DNA from: Azolla caroliniana
Lineage: Eukaryota; Plantae; Polypodiophyta
Assembly: GCA_043228905.1 (NCBI GenBank)
Contig: JBHGNT010000004.1
Location: 11,470,001-11,534,000, forward strand
Direction of reading: 5' to 3'
DNA length: 64,000 bases
The position numbers were made by a program, and so were the translations under genes. A model generated the notes under the pieces. That model ran no database searches. It was given only the letters and a program-made list of their open reading frames with translations, and had not been told where the DNA came from. Positions 23,746 through 37,030 of this stretch are shown one piece after another (the first letter of the stretch is position 1; every line of letters starts with the position of its first letter).

Positions 23746-24298
23746 GCAGGTGGACTTGATAGGGTTTAGCAACAGTGGTAGCAACTAACCCACAATACTC
23801 AACTAGAGATGGCCTACGTGATGTGGCAAAGGATCATGCATAATGGACCTAGGAATTCGATATATAATTTATGGTACACATTTATGGTGCACATATCAAT
23901 TTATGTTGCACGTTTATGTTGCACATTTATGGCACTCATTTACATATGTAATTAAAACACTCTAGTATTTTCAATGGTAGTTTTTTGCATAGTTAATTTA
24001 TTAATGATGGCTTTTTACTAAAATGACTATTTATCAATGGTAGCTTTTTGCATAGCTAATTAGCTATGTCAAGGACATAGCTAATTGTTTCCACTCTCAT
24101 GCTTTCACCCATATAACGTGACAAAGTACCGATACTATCTGTTCGGTAGCAAGTTTTCCTTCCATGTGGAAAGTAGTGGAAAGCCTGACGACGTTTTACG
24201 CGGTAGTGCATAAACGTTGCACGCCTTACTATCTGCAAGCTAACGGATTGGTAGAATCCACAAATAAAACGCTCCAAAATATTCTCCGGAAGATCGTC

Positions 24299-25075
24299 AA
24301 TGAGAACCGGACAGACTGGGATACAAAACTACATGTTGTTTGGTCGGCACTCAACTCAGTCACAGAAACTCAATATATATGAGCACTATACTCCGAATGT
24401 TCTATCAATGAATTGTAGAGTACGAATGGATTAGACTCTATTAATCATGTACTACGATACGATATTCTGTTAGCTAGTATAGATATAGCAGAACAACATA
24501 TAGATTTATAAAATGTCCACACAAGTGCTCTGAGTTCTACATCTAATGAGAACCGGACAGGCTGAGATACAAAACTACATGTTGTTTGGTCGGCACTCAA
24601 CTCCGTCACCAAAACTCAGTATATATGAGCATTATACTCTGAATGTTCTATCAAAGAATTGTAGAGTACGAATGGATTAGACTCTGTTAATCATGTACTA
24701 CGATAGGATATTTTGTATCGTGATCAGTTCTGTTAGCTAGTATAGATATAGCAGAACAACATATAGATATATAAAATGTCCACACAAGTGCTCTGAGTTC
24801 TACAACTAATGAGAACCGGACAGACTGGGATACAAAACTACATGTTGTTTGGTCGGTACTCAACTCCGTCACCAAAACTCAGTATATATGAGCATTATAC
24901 TCTGAATGTTCTATCAAAGAATTGTACAGTACGAATGGATTAGACTCTGTTAATCATGTACTACGATAGGATATTTTGTATCGTGATTAGTTCTGTTAGT
25001 TAGTATAGATATAGCAGAACAACATATAGATTTATAAAATGTCGACACAAGTGCTCTGAGTTCTACAACTAACAA
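24299..25075. repeat. ~263-bp tandem triplication of host flank plus LTR end
   Basis: AATGAGAACCGGACAG..AAAACTACA+TGTTGTTTGGTCGG at 24299, 24545 and 24808. Confidence 0.9.
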
Positions 25076-25328
25076 AACTATATTACTAAAACAGACCTTT
25101 TTACAATGCCTTCAGTTCCTTTTATAGGTAACCATAAAGGCTTTCTCATCAAGAAATACATTTTGTATTACCGGCAAGAGCTACACAACTTATAACTAAC
25201 TTCATATTCGGTAATTTATTATTTCGGCAAAATGCTGACTCATCAATCCTCATCGTCAATCCGACCCTGACTCCGACTCCGACTTTGACGCTTGTAGGCT
25301 TGCCCGACAGCCCCTTGTCCGGGTAACA

Positions 25329-25375
25329 CTTTGGCACACCCGTGGGCCAGGGCCTTGCCCGGTCGAACCCACAGC
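25329..25375 (-). other. tRNA 3'-half mimic at the PPT position of element D
   Basis: Minus strand reads GTGGGTTCGA-CCGGGCAAGGCCCTGG-CCCACGGGTGTGCCA-AAG-LTR(TGTTAC). Confidence 0.8.
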
Positions 25376-25381
25376 GACAGA

Positions 25382-27943
25382 TTACTCTCGTTGGTCGGAT
25401 TGAGGGTCGTCCTCTTCTTCTACATCATCTTGCAAAATGTCAAACAACGATGGTTCGACTTCGTCTTCCTCGGAGTCTATTTTGTCAGTCTCTTCTTCAT
25501 CAGCTTCTTCTTGATCAGTGGTGTGGGTTGTGGTTGGTGGTTGTGAGAATGTTGTGGCACCAAGCTCAGGTGTCTGCCTTTTTCTTCCTTGTTCATACCC
25601 ATCTAGTTGCACAAAGGTGTTGATTTCGTGCTTATCAAATTCTTGCATAAGCTGGCTTATTTCTTCTGGATGTGATGTTGTCATATCATACAAGTCACGA
25701 GCAATTTCTTCTTGTACCAACGAAATTGCCTCTTCCGTCAATTTGAAAAATCCAATCCCTTGTATTTTCTGGTTGTCCCTGTCAGCTCTTAATAGGTGAA
25801 GTTCGGCTGCCTTTTTCGACCATGTTTGCCACCCTTTGACCAAGGAATCAGATACTAACTTCAAAGTGTTCATTCAATGGCATTTCAGTATTGCCTTAAT
25901 TTTTTCTTCATCCATATTTGCCATGTATTGTGCTTCTTCCAGTTGCTTTCGTAAATATATTATTTGTGCAGTAGCCGATCCTTCTGCCTGCATGAGTTTG
26001 GCCTCTGTGACCAATAGGTCCAATATTTGCCTTTCATACTGATCTTCGAGTTTTGTGCAACGATTTTTTAATTCAAAATTCGTCAATTCCCATTGTCAGT
26101 TGTCGTCTTCATGTGACTGTTGTACAACTGTACTTTTGAGCTCTACTTCCACCATCTGATCAGCAAAATAATCCTCTTGAATACGCAGATATTCTTCTAA
26201 TTCCAGTATCTATTCCTCATTTTTCCTTTTCTCCGATTGCTGTTGTGCCAGCTATCGTTTGAGCCTCTGTATTGCTACATCTTTTGCATCTAGCCATTTG
26301 CCAACTTCTGTTTTAGCCAAAAGTAGCCTCTCTTCTATCTTTTTGGCCCTTGCGTCCCCTTCTTCTACTCGTGGTGTTGCAGATCGAGTAGATGCTTCTG
26401 CTTCCTGCAATCTTTGTTTCAGTTCATGCTGAGAGTCGGAAAGCTTGTTTGGTTGTTGGGATGTTAATAATTCTTCTTCGGCTTTCTTTAGTTTTTCTTT
26501 AGTCTGTCGGCATTTCTCCGATAGTTCTTCTTTTTCAGCCTGCGTTCTTGTATATTTCTCATTAAAAACTTCCGACGCTGCCGTTGCTTTTTTGTATAAA
26601 TCAGTCATATCTTTGGCTGCTCTGCTTGCTCTTTCATATTCCTTGTGCACTTCCACCAGTGCCTCATGCAAGGGAGGCATCTATATCGCTTCCCCCTTAT
26701 TTTTGGCATTTCGCTGTCGGCCTATCCTTTCAACCTCTTGTTGTTCTTCCGGCTCGACAGCTCCACTTAAGGATTTTTGAATCATTATATTTTCCTAATG
26801 CTCCTATGCCATTCTTTCGGACACCTCCTGTAACCTGCATGCTAACCATTCTACTAACTCATAAGACGTACCAAATTGTAGAATGGTTGCTAGTTCATGC
26901 ACTGTTGGAGGAATGTTTGAAAAGCATGTTGCCTCCCGTACTGTTGTTACCGATGTTTGGCCTTTTTGAGTTGCCGGTTGTGAAACTTGCTCCGCCGTTC
27001 TTTGCTTTTTCTATGTAGGTTCGCCCTGCTGCGCCTGCAGAAATCGTTGGGATCTTTGCTTGACTCGACGCGATCTTTCCTCAGTAGGCAGTGAAACATG
27101 TTGTTGTGCTTGCATCGGTTGCTCCAATTCAGTGTTGATTGGTGTTGGGTTGGGTTGGTAAGTTGGTGGTGAGGCTGGAAGAGGCATTGAGGTTCGCCTC
27201 GCAGTCTGTGCTACCTTCGATACCTGTGTAGCTTCCGATTGTTGTCGGACTGGTTCCGGCTGAATCTCATCGACATGTGTCGATCCTCCTTCTCGCCATT
27301 CCTCTCGTTGTACTTGCCTTCTAACTCTGGGAGTTGGTCGTGGCTTTGTCTATCTTTCTTCCTTCTGTTGGTTTTTCGAACTCGGTGTCGGAAATAGCAC
27401 CAACAACCACTATGCAAAAATCAGCTTCATTGGCTTGCCTGTTTGCACCCCCAACATCTGCTCTCTGAGAGCTTTTGCCGTCAATAATCCCCAATCAAAT
27501 TTTCGCCTTCATAAGTGGCGATAATAAAGCCTACCTGCTTTTTTGACATGCACTAAAACCTAGGTAATTGATGAATCCTACCTCAAGTAAGAATTTTGCC
27601 ACTTTGTGAAAGAATTCATCTTCCTTTCCATGTGTCTCTAATAGGCTTTTGCCGACAGGGAGTATTCACTGAAATACGAATGCAACATCTCTTTGTCCAT
27701 CTTCTGGACTGCAACAAACCCTCCCCTTTTTAAATTCCAAATGCGACATACCTGTTTATTTGTAATCTTGGTCACGTCGATTCGTTGGAGGATTTCAGTA
27801 GCTCTTGGGTGATTATCTGCATCTGCGACTTTCAAATAGCCTTGCCGACCCTTGTCGACGAGCCATTGTCGAAGGTTATCAGAAACTGAGATCGGCATGA
27901 GTTCTTCTTCAATAGAAAGATCAAAGTTTTGCAGTGAAGGCAA
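25382..27943 (-). pseudogene. Extra 3' ORF (coiled-coil, env-position) of element D
   Basis: Fragments (LRQWLVDKGRQGYLKVAD, YFSEYSLSAKAY, WQTWSKKAAELHLLRAD) are homologous to ORF 57652-60381. Confidence 0.8.
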
Positions 27944-28147
27944 CGAAGGACTTTGGCTATGGCGATTGATAACAGAAATTTTTTGTTCGCGAAGGAGTTT
28001 CTATTTCTGTGGTGAGACAGAAGTTAAAGAATAGGTTTTAATGAAATAAATCATTGCATGATGCCTAGGGAATAACAGAGCTACTATTAATGAAAGTAGT
28101 AATACTAGAAATAGCAATAATAGCACCACCACTCGTATTAATGGTTG

Positions 28148-28234
28148 TGTAAAAAAGAATAGCGTGCGGAAGCAATAGAAAACCGAACACAGAAATGCAG
28201 GTTTAATGGAGAGCTTGAATATACACAGTACTCG

Positions 28235-28268
<34 letters not shown>

Positions 28269-31200
28269 GAGAGAGAGAATGCACACAAACTCAATTCAAA
28301 AAATAATACTCAATCCTTACATAGGCTGTGCTCAGTGAGCACTTTTATACAAGTCCATACAGACTGACAGAAGTACTGACCTGTACTTCAATGCTCATAA
28401 CTGAGCTCTACACTAACTACAAAAATATATTCCTACGTGGAATATCTTCCCAATGGCCTCGCGGTTTATGCACCGCTACAGCTTCTCATTGCGCACTAGT
28501 TTACGCACCGGTCCGGCCTAACCGATCAATCCCAACCGATCCGGTTCTCGGCTTGCACAGCTAATCCAACCAATGTTGAGTGTCTATCTCAACACTCCCC
28601 CTCAAGCTCAACTTGAGATTCCATCCGCTCTTCCAGATCTACGCTCCGGTTCCTTCTAGCTTTACGCCTTGCTCGCACTCATCAACCTGTTCGATTCCGC
28701 ACGCCTCAACCCTTCCGGTTAGCTTGTGTGCTCGTGGGGCCCTTCTCAATTCCGGCTTCTGCGTCCTTCGTCACTTCTGCATAGCTCTCTGGCTCACGCA
28801 CTTCCGCTACATGGGTGATGTACGCATAGTGATGCGCCATGTACTGGCGGGTAGATCGGCGTAATTGCTCATTAGCCGATGTTGAGGCTTTCTTAGCCGA
28901 CACGGACTTCGCTCTTGAAGACGCGTCATTACTTCCCTTAGAGTCGGACTCGCGTCGATCCGACTCATTCCTATCCGTGTCGTAATCCGACACCTTCTTC
29001 TTCTCTTTTTCCTTGCGCGTAAGCCGTCTCCTCGGCTTCCTACGCGGGGAATGCACGACCGAGGCTGCACTACTCACCAACTCTTCTTCGGACTGGTCAA
29101 ACCGACCTAGTCGCTCATACGGTCCACTTAGCCGAAATGAAATTGGACTCTCTTTGAGGGTCCTGATTTCACCCTCATCCAGAGGCACTTCAGCCTCGTT
29201 GAACTCATCGTCGGAGCTCGGATTGGAGTTGAGGTCCGGAGTCGGAGGCAAGTACCAGGACGCAGACTCATCAAACACAACGTCACGGCTCACGCGAGCT
29301 TGTTTGGTTCGGAGGTTATAACACTTATAACCCTTCTGTTCGTCCAAATAGCCGACTAAGATACATTTCTCAGCTTTCGCGTCCAACTTCCTCAGTTTCT
29401 CCTTCGGCACATGCACATAAGCAATGCTACCGAAAACTCTCAAGTGTCGTAGATTCGCCTTCCTTCTAAAATACAGCTCATGCGCCGACGCTTTGTCTCC
29501 GATCTAATTCTAGATGTACATCGCGGTTCATACTGCCCCGGCCCAATAGAACTTGGGCAAGCTCTTTTCTTCCATCATTGCCTACGCCGCTTCTACAATC
29601 GACCGATTCTTCCTTTCAGCCAAGCCATTTTGCTCTAGCATATATCTGCAACTGAATTCGCGCCGAATTCCCATCTATTGCATATACCCGTTGAATTGAC
29701 TGGAAAAGTACTCTTTTCCGCCATCCGACCGCAGGCACTTGATCTTTCTTCCTGTTTCCCTTTCGACAAAACTCTTGAGGACTTCACTCCTCTTCTCAAT
29801 GAGGTAGACCCACGTGTGCCGCATATATTCGTCGATGAAGGACACCAAATATCAACTCCCGCCAAAACTAACGTTCTGTGTTGGCCCCCATACATCGGAA
29901 TGTATCAAGTCGAGTTTGTTCCGGCTCCGGTTACGCTCATTAGGGAAAGGAAGTCAGTGTTGCTTCCCTAGCTGGAAGGCTTCGCAAATTTGTGCCTTCC
30001 GGGCACTAAATGTGGGCAATCCGAACACCACTTGTTTCGATTGCAGGTCCTGAAGCCATTGATAGTTGACGTGGCCTATCCGCTTGTGCCATAAGTCAAT
30101 ATCTGACTCAACTTTTTGTCCTTTCGCGAACATTGCGGTGCCACCATCACTAGAGTCAAGGATAAACATCCTCCCATCTCTACACCCTTGCACAATAACT
30201 TGGCCTTCCTCCTCGATGAAGCACCCGAGATGCGTGTACCAAACCCGTGATTGTCGGGATGTGTAACACGTTCATGAGTATTCCTTTTTGCCCGACAGGG
30301 CTGAGAGGAACTTCACCGACATTCGCGATCAAATGCGGAGTGTCGTCTCTTGTTGCGACTACTCCCGGTTGCATTGGTTTCTCAAGGTATGAGAACCACT
30401 CCTTATGGCACGTCATGTGGTTTGATGCGCCGTAGTCGACGTACCACACCTCGTCCGATTTCGGGGTGGAGTTCTTCATCGAGTTCACTTCGTGTCTCGT
30501 CACGAAGGTTGAACCTTTTTCAGCTTTTCCGGATCCTTCGGCGTAGTGCGATCGCTGCCGATTACCCTTGTCGGTTTGTCTAGAACCTAATCCGGATCCG
30601 GTCCTCTCCGAATTGACGCACTTCTTCTAGCACTCGCTCTCCTTGTGGCCTTTCTTGGCACAATACAAAAATTCTACAACGGATTTCCCTCGTCGGTTCT
30701 CATCGCCTCGACTCCCCCTATTTCCGGAGGCTCCGGAATTGTTGTCGACATCACTTCGGTGCCTCCTTCCTTGGTCCTGTCGGTCGCTTCCATTGCGCAC
30801 CGACTCGCCTCGTCCGCCACGACCATGGCGCCTATCTCCCTCCGTGTACAACATCTTGTTGTCGGCATGTGTGCTCGTCGACGCACCCATGTGGTTCTCC
30901 TCTATAAGGAGCATCGATTGTAGGTCGAAAAACGATGGCGTATTCTTCCGTGTACACACAACAGTTCAGAACACTCTAAACTTCGACGCCAAACCCCCCG
31001 AGACAAATCTGCACCATCTCACCTTCCTCAACGTTCACATCGATAGAGGCTAAGGAGTCGCATATCTCTTTGATCTTCGAGGTGTAATCAGCCACCGACA
31101 AATCGCGTTGTCGCAAGTTGCTCAACTCTTGTTAGAGTTGGAACTTTCTGGCTGTGGTGCTTGTGGCGAAAATCTTTTTGAGATTTCCCCAAGCATCCTT

Positions 31201-31619
31201 CGGCATTTTTGCATCCCTAATATAGCTCAGAAGTTGTTTGCCCACACAAGATGCGAAGCAGTAGAGAACTCTGCTTGCTAACTGTTCCCAAGCCGGGAAG
31301 CCTTTGTGTGTCGAATCGGGTGATGTGTCATTTGCTCCGTCGACATAACTCCAGTAACCGTGCCCGAGCAGGTATTGGTGCATCTTTTAAGACCAAGACG
31401 CGTAGTTGTTTCTGTCGAGCTTCTATGTTGGGTTTAATAATACTCAATCTGTACATAGGATGTGCTCAGTGAGCACTTTTATACAAGTCCATACGGACTA
31501 ACAGAAGTACTAACACCTACTTCAATGCTCATACGGTCCGGCCTAACCGATCGATCCCAACCGATCCAATTCTCGGCTTGCACAGCCGATCCGGCCAATG
31601 TTGAGCTTGTATCTCAACA
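28148..31619 (-). mobile_element. Ty1/Copia element with internal deletions (RT/RH and PBS lost)
   Basis: TSD GGTTG; 3' LTR 28148-28594 with PPT (CTCCCCCTCAAG on +); partial 5' LTR ~31435-31619; gag, WYVDYGASNHM, LWHKRIGH and integrase VFGSIAYVHVP. Confidence 0.92.
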
Positions 31620-31789
31620 GGTTGCATGATTCCTGACTACTATTTAACTTATAGTCTGAAAACGACCATGCCAAGAATGTGTAGTCATGATAGTTAGTTC
31701 TATTGCCAAGATTTTTTTATTTTTTTAAAATTTAAAAAAAAAATATTATTTACATTTTATGACGTATACAATGTCACGTTGTGTCTGAT

Positions 31790-34700
31790 TCAACCTGAAA
31801 AGGGATTTTTCGGCATTGACCCATGATAGGGTTTGAGCCGAAAACCATTTACCCATTTTGGTAAAATTCGTCTTATCAGTGTACCGACTTGATACGTACC
31901 ATTTTTACTATTAACAATCTAGAATGGTTCCGTCCACCGGAATCGAAGTTTTCCTAGCATAGACCCCATTTCAGTCTGAAAAACTAAAACCGATTTGCCA
32001 ACTGCGAATTGGTTTTCTTTTTTACTTCTATGTCAGTCTACAAATGCCTTTGTTTGTCGTTGTTTTTGCTCTAATGCTGACATCGCGTGAATTCGACTCT
32101 CCTCTAGCAACAATAGTTGTTTCTTCTGAATGTGTTCCAATTTTTCTCATCCAGTCTTTCAGTAACCTATACCCGCAGTGTCGAAACTTGAAATTCTATT
32201 GGCATTACTGCTTCTAATCCAAATGCCATTCTAAATGGAGTGGATTTAATAGCCGTCTTATACGATGTACGCTATGCCCATAGAGCACTATTTAACTTCT
32301 CATTGACAATTTTCTTGAGAATCATTTGCAATGTTTTGTTTGTGGATTATGCTAGTCCATTAGCTTGTGGGTAGTAAGGGGTACTTTTCTTATGCACTAC
32401 AACATAATATGTTGATCATTCATGTATAATTTTATTAATGAAATGAGTACCTTGATCGCTTACTAATTCGATGGGATACCCAAATCAGCACCATATACTG
32501 TCATACAGGAATTTAGTTGTTGATACTGCCGTGTTATCTCGTAAGGGTTTAGCTTCTACCCATTTAGTGCAATAATCGATAACCACTATAATATACCGAT
32601 TTCTTATTCTCACTACCGCTAGTTTAAATGGGCCAACGAAATCTAGTCCCCATTTCTTGAATGGCTCCAGAGGTAAGACAGGTTGAAATGGAATTCTATC
32701 TTTTTCGGTTGGTTTACCTATTCGCTGGCATAAGTCACATTTCCGATAGTATTTGACTACATCCTTCATGACTGTCGGCCACCACAATCCACTGCTCCAT
32801 GTTTTCCGGGTTGTTGTTTCTCTTGTGTAGTATCCTCCAACGATGCCACAATGATTTTCCCATAGAATTGCTTCTTTTTCAAACTGCCGTATTGCTCGTC
32901 TCCAAATTCCATCCGCTCCCTTATGGTAGAGAGTGTCGTTTAAAAGGCAGAAATTTCGGCTGCGAACTGCTAATCGTTTCCTTTCGTCTGCTGATAGATG
33001 CTTTGGTGGTAACCCTATCGTAAGGAAAATTGTCATTTCTATAATCCAGTTCCTCATTCATTTCCTGAACGGTTATCATTTCCACACGAAAAAGGTGACC
33101 ATCCGGAAAATAGTTTTTCACTCTCGTGCCCTCTTCTCCTGATTCAAGTGGACTAAGGTAATCTGCGACAGCGTGTTGGACTCTTGGCTGATGAATAATG
33201 TCGAATTCGAATTCTTGAAGCAATAGTGTCGAGCGTGCTAATTTGCCCGTTAATTCTTGTTTTGGACACCAAATATAGTAAAGCAGAATGATCAACATGG
33301 AATATAAATTTTTTCCCAGAAGGTAGTGTCAAAATTTGTTGATACTGTAGATCATTCCCAAAGCTTCCCTTTCTGTTGTCGAATAATTCCACTCTATTGT
33401 GAACAATTTCCGACTAGCGTAGTATACTTGTATGTACCAGTTCGGTTCAGATAACTGCATGAGTGCGCTTCCGATTGCTACATCGGATGCATCGATAAAC
33501 ACATGAAATGGTTTGTTCAAATCAGGCGGTTGGACAACTGAAACTCTAGAGAGAATTTTCTTTAGACATTCGTATGCAATTTGCTCCACAATCGTCCATT
33601 GGAAAGGCGTTTATGTACCACTGTATGCAGTGGAATGGCAACATCAACAAGATATTTGATCATCCGGCTATGCCATCTTATTTGCATTAAAAATCGACTA
33701 AGGCTCTTAGCATTAGTTGGTGCCGGTGCATCTAATATCACCTTGACCTTGTTTAGGTCAACTCCAATTCCTTCCTGACTGACAATGTGCCCTAGTAATG
33801 CTCCATTGGTAACCCCAAACGTGCATTTAGCCGGATTCAAGCTAAGCCGACCTTGCCAACAATGTTCCAAACATAATCGTAAATGATCGGAGTGTCCCGC
33901 CTTCGGACTGTAGACAGCAAAATCGTCCACGAAAACTTGCATGAATGCTGGAATGTAATCACCAAAAATTTCCTGTATTATTCTTTGAAATATGGCTGGA
34001 GCAGTTTTTAATCTGAACATTATTACGACCGCCACAAATACTCCCCATTCAGTGACAAATGTTGTATTTTCTTGATCATCCAGGTGCATTCTTACTTGAT
34101 TATATCCACTAAAGCCATACAGGAAATTGTACATTTCATGACCGGCTACTACATCCAATACTGCATCTGTAAACGGTAATGGAAACGCATCCGTTACTGT
34201 TGCTGCATTAAGTTTCTAATAGTCGACACACACCCAAATTTTCCCATTTTTCTTCGGCATGACCACGATTAGACTCAGCCATGTAGCTTTTTTTACGGGA
34301 CGAATGAACCCGACCTTAAGCAGTTTATATATTTCCTCTTTTACTTTAATTGTATAGTTAGGATTCAGACGATACCTTCGTTGTTGGACTGGCTTTGCAT
34401 CTTTGTGTAGATTAATTTGGTGCTGAGAAAAGGCTGGATCCAACCCTTTCATGTCTTCGAAGGACCAAGCAAAGACATCATTATACTGTTTGAGTAAGAC
34501 GATTAATCGTTGTTTGTCAGCTATCAACATTTCCTTGGCTATCAGTATTGTTTTTGGTTTAAACGTGCTGTCTTCATCAGCTAAATTGACCTCCTCCAAT
34601 GTTGAAGCTTGAACTCATTGTGATACTTTCGTTTCCTTTTCTGTAGCTTCCTACTGAAGGCGGATTTCTTTCATCGTTTGATCATCAATTGGTAAGTCAT

Positions 34701-37030
34701 CCTGTGTGTCAACATATGATGTAAGAGCTTGTAATATGTCGACCTCGAACAAGGGAATAAGTTTTGGGTTAGCATTAAAGTAATTATTCTCCTTAGCTTC
34801 ATCTAATCCCTTCATCATATTGATTGCTTCTACATTGCCGACTTGTACTGATTTTACTTTGAGTGGGCACCCGAATTTTATTCTTACCTTTCCAGAATGT
34901 TAATAAGTTTTGATTCCAATTTTGCTTAACATTTGTAGTCTTTAACCATGGTCAGCCTAGTAAGAAAGGATATGCTCCAGGAGCCTCCAAATGAAGCACT
35001 ACTGCCAATATTTGAAAAGTATGTCCCCCTAAAATGACATATAACTACCTAATTAAGCCGAGTGGTCATACCATACTGGTATCGGCCATTCGTAACCAGA
35101 ATGGACATGCTCCCATTTAGTAATACCAAGCTTGTCACAGGTAGTTTTATTGATTACATTCACTCCTGATCCACCATCTACAATAGTCCCGTCTATTTCT
35201 TGTCCATGGATGATTACTCTTATTGATGGATTTTGTTCATCAATAATTGTCGGACTATTACTTGGGTGATTATAATTATCTGAGACCTGTTCTACCCCTT
35301 TATGGGCAATCAAAGTTGCCACTTTCTCGGTGAACCGTGGAAGCAATTTCAGTAACCCAATTAAGGGTAATGAAACTTGACAATCCACCAAGATTTTCCA
35401 AGATTCGTCATTTTCCAGCACTGCTATTGCTCCGGGTAGTTCGTTTACTTGGTTTATCTCATTATCCTGCAACATTCTGGACACATTATTTTTATTTGCT
35501 GCTCAACCCATTCTTTGGCTGCTTTTCTAACGGCTTCCTGGATTTCCCATTCTGATCATTTACCTTTACTTCTGGTAGTGACCTGCTGAATTTCTAGAAC
35601 CACCATATTAACAGCAGGTGCTTTTCCTTTGGCTTTAGTCGGACATTGATTTGCATAATGTCCATCCTTCCTGCAAATATAGCAATTAGGAATGGATGAA
35701 CCGCTGGCTTCTCCCTGTTCATATTGTGGACGTCTATCGTTATTGAAATCTTGTTCTTCTCTCTGCGAATCATGTTGAAATTGGCTTGATGCTTTTGGCT
35801 TGTAAATTTTTTTGTTGTTTGGTCAGTTTTAGTTATTTTGATAACGACCTCCTTTATGTTTTTGGCAGCCATTTTCCCAAGGTGGTGAAAAATCCTGATC
35901 ACGATTCTGGCGATAGTCATACTGTCGATCTTCCTCATGGCTTGAATCATTATTATTATTCTGCCTGTACTCATTCCAATCATTATTCAGTCGCCCCGCC
36001 GAATAATTCCGATTATCATAACAGTCATCCTCTTGATACCTGTTGTTGAACCTGTTACGATTATCCTAGTAATCATATTCTGGATAAATTTGTCATACAG
36101 GCGTTGTTGCTTTATTAAGAAAATTATATTCACATTGTTCCACGGAATGAGCTTTAGAGTTACAGATTGTGCAATGAGTACGCAAACTGCACTATATAGT
36201 CGAATGCCTAGTATTAAGACAAGTGGTACATTGTACTGCTTGTCGAAACTGTAACTCTTCTAGAGTCGGCAGAGTATGGTGTAATGCCAACATATCCATA
36301 CTTTTTATATTTTTTGGATTTCGAACCAGAGCAATGGCCTTATCAATCACTTGCTCAATTGACTGATTTCGGAAATCGAACAACACTAGTGTTGTTCGTA
36401 GTGGTTCACGAATTGCCTCTAAAAAGATATCCTTTAGTTCGTGATCTGGAATTGGCATGGAAATTTCTGGATATAGATTCTGAAATTGAATGACAAATTG
36501 TGACACCGTTTCATTGGGTTCTTGATACAATGCATAAAATTGAGCTATCAAATCCTTCTGAGGAATCTGTCGATGAAACTATTGAAGAAAGTTTTTGGTT
36601 AATTGTTAGAATGTTTCGAATGCTCGGAAACCATTCTGAGCAAACTAATTTGCCAATTGGCCATCTAATGACAAAACAAATGTAGCTATTTTAGACTTAT
36701 CCTCGGCTACGGCCGACAGTCGCTGAGCTCCATGGTTTATTTCCCATGTTGTCAAGAAATCCCTAATATGTGATTCTGCATCAGCACCTTCTCGAAATTT
36801 CGAGTAAGGGTAAGGCATATTGTCTTCACTCTAGATATCGTAAAATGATACCTCTTCGGACTGATCTCCGTCTGACTGACTGTCAGTTAAGTCGAGAACT
36901 GAAGAGCACCCCTGACTTGTTTCTTGTTGTACCACCGCAGCAGAATCCTCTTCGACACGATTTGTAACCGAACGTGTATAAGGACGTTTACAATCGACTA
37001 GCGTAACCGGACCAAACGACGACATCCATT
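31790..37030 (-). pseudogene. pol: gag-pol of element D
   Basis: CTTCLNTRH, VDGGSGVNVI, CVDY, FVDDF, FIDASD and WGLDFVGP, with many stops and frameshifts. Confidence 0.9.

Larger units (their letters stand above)
14062..24110 (-). mobile_element. Sola2-type DNA transposon (~10 kb) with cargo genes
   Basis: 25-bp TIRs GGGTAAAAGCATGCGAGTGGAAACA / TGTTTCCACTCTCATGCTTTCACCC; 4-bp TSD ATAT (14058-61, 24111-14) that restores host MIYNVTKYR; transposase motifs WSDG..QFK and WNFFGSGHGKGEHDG. Confidence 0.88.
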
